From assembly GCA_963809485.1 (NCBI GenBank), contig CAWEJX010000019.1, forward strand, positions 1 through 64,000: a DNA stretch of 64,000 nucleotides, read 5' to 3'. The notes under the pieces were generated by a model. That model was given only the letters and a program-made list of their open reading frames with translations. It had not been told where the DNA came from and searched no databases. Source of the stretch: an uncultured Acidobacteriota bacterium (GTDB lineage: Bacteria; Acidobacteriota; UBA6911). Shown here in pieces: positions 61,350 to 64,000 of the stretch (position 1 is the stretch's first letter; each line of letters begins with the position of its first letter). The position numbers and the translations under genes were made by a program.

Positions 61350-61540
61350 AGCGAACCGAAGAATATTGAATGACGAATTTCGAACCGCAGAAGCATAACA
61401 CATTCATTAGCGAGAATTGAGAAGCGGGAGGAATTCAATACAAGCACTTTTGAACCGAAGAATGCAGAATGATGGATTTCGACGGCAGGAGTAATAATGG
61501 CATGGGACGAACACTTCGAAATTCGACATTCTGCGGTTTG
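61350..61540. repeat. Heptamer-based inverted-repeat tract
   Basis: GAACCGAAGAAT..GAATGA..ATTTCGA copies in both orientations; same family as 47172-47233. Confidence 0.6.
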
Positions 61541-61631
61541 TTTTGGTTGTGCCCGCCCACCGCAAGAAGAGAGTTCTTGCGGTGGGCGGGCGTCCGGGAC
61601 GCTCTGCAAACAGAGCTGGCAAATATCTCTG

Positions 61632-63641
61632 CTATTTGGCGAATTGGGGTTTTCTCTTTTCCATGAACGCGGTAACCCCTTCCTTGCAGTCTGCGGCGCA
61701 GGAGATATCGCCGGCACCCACATAGGCGATCTCCAGAGCTTCCGCCAGGGTCTTGGCTTTTGCGGCCTTATTGATGATGCCGCCGATGATTCCAAGGATT
61801 TCCTTGCTGAGCGGGAGATCTCCGGCCATTGGCGCATCGGGCACGACAAACTCCGGAATATCCACGGGCCCCTCGGGAATTCTGGGTACATTCCCCTGGA
61901 GCCTGCTGACTTCCGCGATAGCCGCGTCAATTAACTCAGGGAACGTCTTTACGGCCTTTTTCACAATGCCGATTTCCATGGCCTCTGGAACCGTCAATCT
62001 TTCGGATTGGCCGATCATGGCATGGAATTTCGCCGCCGCCTTGGGCCATTTGCGATACGGGATCACGACGCCGCCCATACCGGGTATCATTCCCAAGGTG
62101 ATTTCGGGAAGTTGCATGAAGGCCTTTTCCATTGCCACCATGCTGTGGCAACGCGTAGCCAGCTCGGTGCCGCCGCCCATGGCAAGCCCGTTGAGAGCCG
62201 CAACAACCGGCTTGTTCATCTTATCGATGTACTCGAGGACTTTCGAGTTGCCGCGAGACAACGCCTGCCCCTTCTCATGGTTGCCGAAGGTTGCGACAAA
62301 TCCGCCGATATCGGCGCCGGCGCAGAAAGCCTTGGGACCGTAGCCGGTGATCACGAATCCCTTCACGGAAGCATCGGCTTCGCCTTTTTTGAGTTCGGCA
62401 AGTATCTCGTTGCAGGTCTTGTCACTCAGAGCGTTAGCCGCCTGGGGCCTGCGTTGCGTGAGGATGACTACTCCATCCTTCTTGTCGACCAGGATGTCCC
62501 GCGGGAAATCGAGGTACTCTTGAATGGGCTTTGCAGGTTTGGGGAAACCGGGGCGCTCGGCGTCGAACTTCCCAATGTAGCTCTTGACCTTTTCGACCCC
62601 GAGGCTGGCCATCAGATCGAAGATGCCTTTTTTATACCCGAGCGCGATCATGCTGCCGAAATTTAGATCGCTGCTTGTGCCGATATTTCTGTCCGCGACA
62701 TCGAAAGCCTGAGAGAAAACGCATCCCAGGAAACGCATCCGGATCCATTCGGCAATCTCAGGATCCACGTCGACCTTGGTGCCGGGCCTGTTATAAGCCC
62801 ATTTATCTACGGACAGCAGCAGCTTGGATGGTGCATAGGCGGCTCTTTCAGCCGATCTCCGGGTCTGGGACGAGTAGGTCAGCGGATTGGTCATGATACC
62901 AAAAGGCCCGGCGCCCAGAAACTCTTCGCTGATGCGGTCGATCTCCTTGCTGGTAGCCTTTTCCAGCATCCACGCGGTTTCGCTTCCCCAGCTTTCAAAC
63001 AACCGGTTAAGAACAAAGGAAAATACATCCTGGGCAGCGATTGGCGCCTTCCCGGCCTGGGCAAAGAACCAGAGAAGCCAATTAACGGTTTCCGGGTCCG
63101 CCTTTTCCCAGTTGATGACCTCCACTCCCATGCTGCGCCACGCCGGCTCGAAGAAGTGGGTATTCGTGGTTCTCCCCGGGTTATTCAAATGGCTGAAGAT
63201 TTGATACGCCTGAATGCCACTGGTGTTGGAAGTGATGAGGGCATCCTTGGCGACAACCGACTCGACCTGAGAGAGGATCTTCTTTTTCAGATCCAGGTTT
63301 TCCGTTGCTGCCTCGATCACAAGTTCGCAGTTTTTCAGCTGGCTGTAATCCGTGGTGTAGATGATATTGCCCAGGATTTTTTCCACCTGTTCGGGCCGTA
63401 TCGTTTTTCTTTCCACACCCTTTTTTGCGTATCCTTCAAATCGCGCCTTCGCTTTGTTGAGAGGTTCTTCGACCACATCCACAAGGTACAGTTTCATTTC
63501 AGGGAAAGCGGTCCGAAAACCATAGGCAATGTCGGGACCGATGGTCCCGGATCCCACCACTGCCATCTCTTTGGGTATGGGCCGGGCGGGCTTGATGAGG
63601 AAGGGGTTCTGAAAGCTTGGATACAGGTTTTTTACCGTCAT
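61632..63641 (-). CDS. Fused 3-hydroxyacyl-CoA dehydrogenase / enoyl-CoA hydratase (HCDH-ECH order)
   Basis: GSGTIG, IEAATE, SNTS, HFF, FCAGADI, GGGTE, PEITLGMIPG, EGVTAFMEKR. Confidence 0.88.
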   Translation of the reverse strand: MTVKNLYPSFQNPFLIKPARPIPKEMAVVGSGTIGPDIAYGFRTAFPEMKLYLVDVVEEPLNKAKARFEGYAKKGVERKTIRPEQVEKILGNIIYTTDYSQLKNCELVIEAATENLDLKKKILSQVESVVAKDALITSNTSGIQAYQIFSHLNNPGRTTNTHFFEPAWRSMGVEVINWEKADPETVNWLLWFFAQAGKAPIAAQDVFSFVLNRLFESWGSETAWMLEKATSKEIDRISEEFLGAGPFGIMTNPLTYSSQTRRSAERAAYAPSKLLLSVDKWAYNRPGTKVDVDPEIAEWIRMRFLGCVFSQAFDVADRNIGTSSDLNFGSMIALGYKKGIFDLMASLGVEKVKSYIGKFDAERPGFPKPAKPIQEYLDFPRDILVDKKDGVVILTQRRPQAANALSDKTCNEILAELKKGEADASVKGFVITGYGPKAFCAGADIGGFVATFGNHEKGQALSRGNSKVLEYIDKMNKPVVAALNGLAMGGGTELATRCHSMVAMEKAFMQLPEITLGMIPGMGGVVIPYRKWPKAAAKFHAMIGQSERLTVPEAMEIGIVKKAVKTFPELIDAAIAEVSRLQGNVPRIPEGPVDIPEFVVPDAPMAGDLPLSKEILGIIGGIINKAAKAKTLAEALEIAYVGAGDISCAADCKEGVTAFMEKRKPQFAK

Positions 63642-63672
63642 TTTGATGTCTCCTTCAAATGTCGTCTGCGTA

Positions 63673-64000
63673 TTAATTCACTTTGAATACCAGGGCGGCT
63701 CCAGAATCGCCCGCCGCGCAACCGGCTACCAGTCCATAACCGCCGCCTTTCAGGACCAGCTCCTCGATCAGCTCGATGGCCAACCTCGTGACCGTGGGCC
63801 CTTGAGGGTGTCCCCAAATCAGAGAGCATCCATAATTGTTGAATATTTTGTCGTCGATCCCCATCTGTTTTCGCATGATGATATCGTTAACAGAAAACGG
63901 GTTGTGGGTTTTCACCGCCTTGAGATCGGACACCTTGATGCCGGCCCTTTCCAATGCCTGATTCGATGCCGGAACCGGCGCATCCGGCATATGCGCCTTT
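63673..64000 (-). CDS. Thiolase-family protein, C-terminal part (runs off window)
   Basis: KTHNPF, NNYGCSLIWGHPQG, GCAAGD. Confidence 0.8.
   Translation of the reverse strand, partial: KAHMPDAPVPASNQALERAGIKVSDLKAVKTHNPFSVNDIIMRKQMGIDDKIFNNYGCSLIWGHPQGPTVTRLAIELIEELVLKGGGYGLVAGCAAGDSGAALVFKVN

Overview
GC-rich bacterial window (gene content suggests an anaerobic Acidobacteriota/Desulfobacterota-like organism; this is inference only). From left to right it holds: a RAYT-like Y1/HUH transposase; a sulfatase island (HAD hydrolase, anSME radical SAM, arylsulfatase, MltF-like); an Rhs remnant; ogt, fbaB, GT2 and a VapBC pair; a heavily frameshifted 13-20 kb block (NtrC-type regulator, XylR_N/V4R-PAS kinase, proC, PAS-SpoIIE, PLP trans-sulfuration enzyme; probably sequencing indels); tRNA-Sec (selC); TlpA plus an exported tandem rhodanese; ExuT-like MFS; FMN riboswitch-ribBA; an OM barrel; tannases; two xanthine-oxidase-family molybdoenzyme operons; MacB-like permeases; two PFKs; a family III CoA-transferase; transporters; a DMSO-reductase-family enzyme; and beta-oxidation genes. 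Best hidden signal: the rhodanese next to selC ends C-V-G-TGA-TAG, followed exactly 11 nt after the TGA by an fdhF-like SECIS hairpin. This makes it a probable exported selenoprotein with a terminal CxxU tail, co-transcribed with a TlpA. Also notable: an 8-unit hairpin tandem array built from a gene's 3' end, stuttered inward-pointing motifs probably linked to the Y1 transposase, a deletion series of IS200/IS605-like MITEs, and a Tat-exported XO-family enzyme lacking the catalytic Glu.
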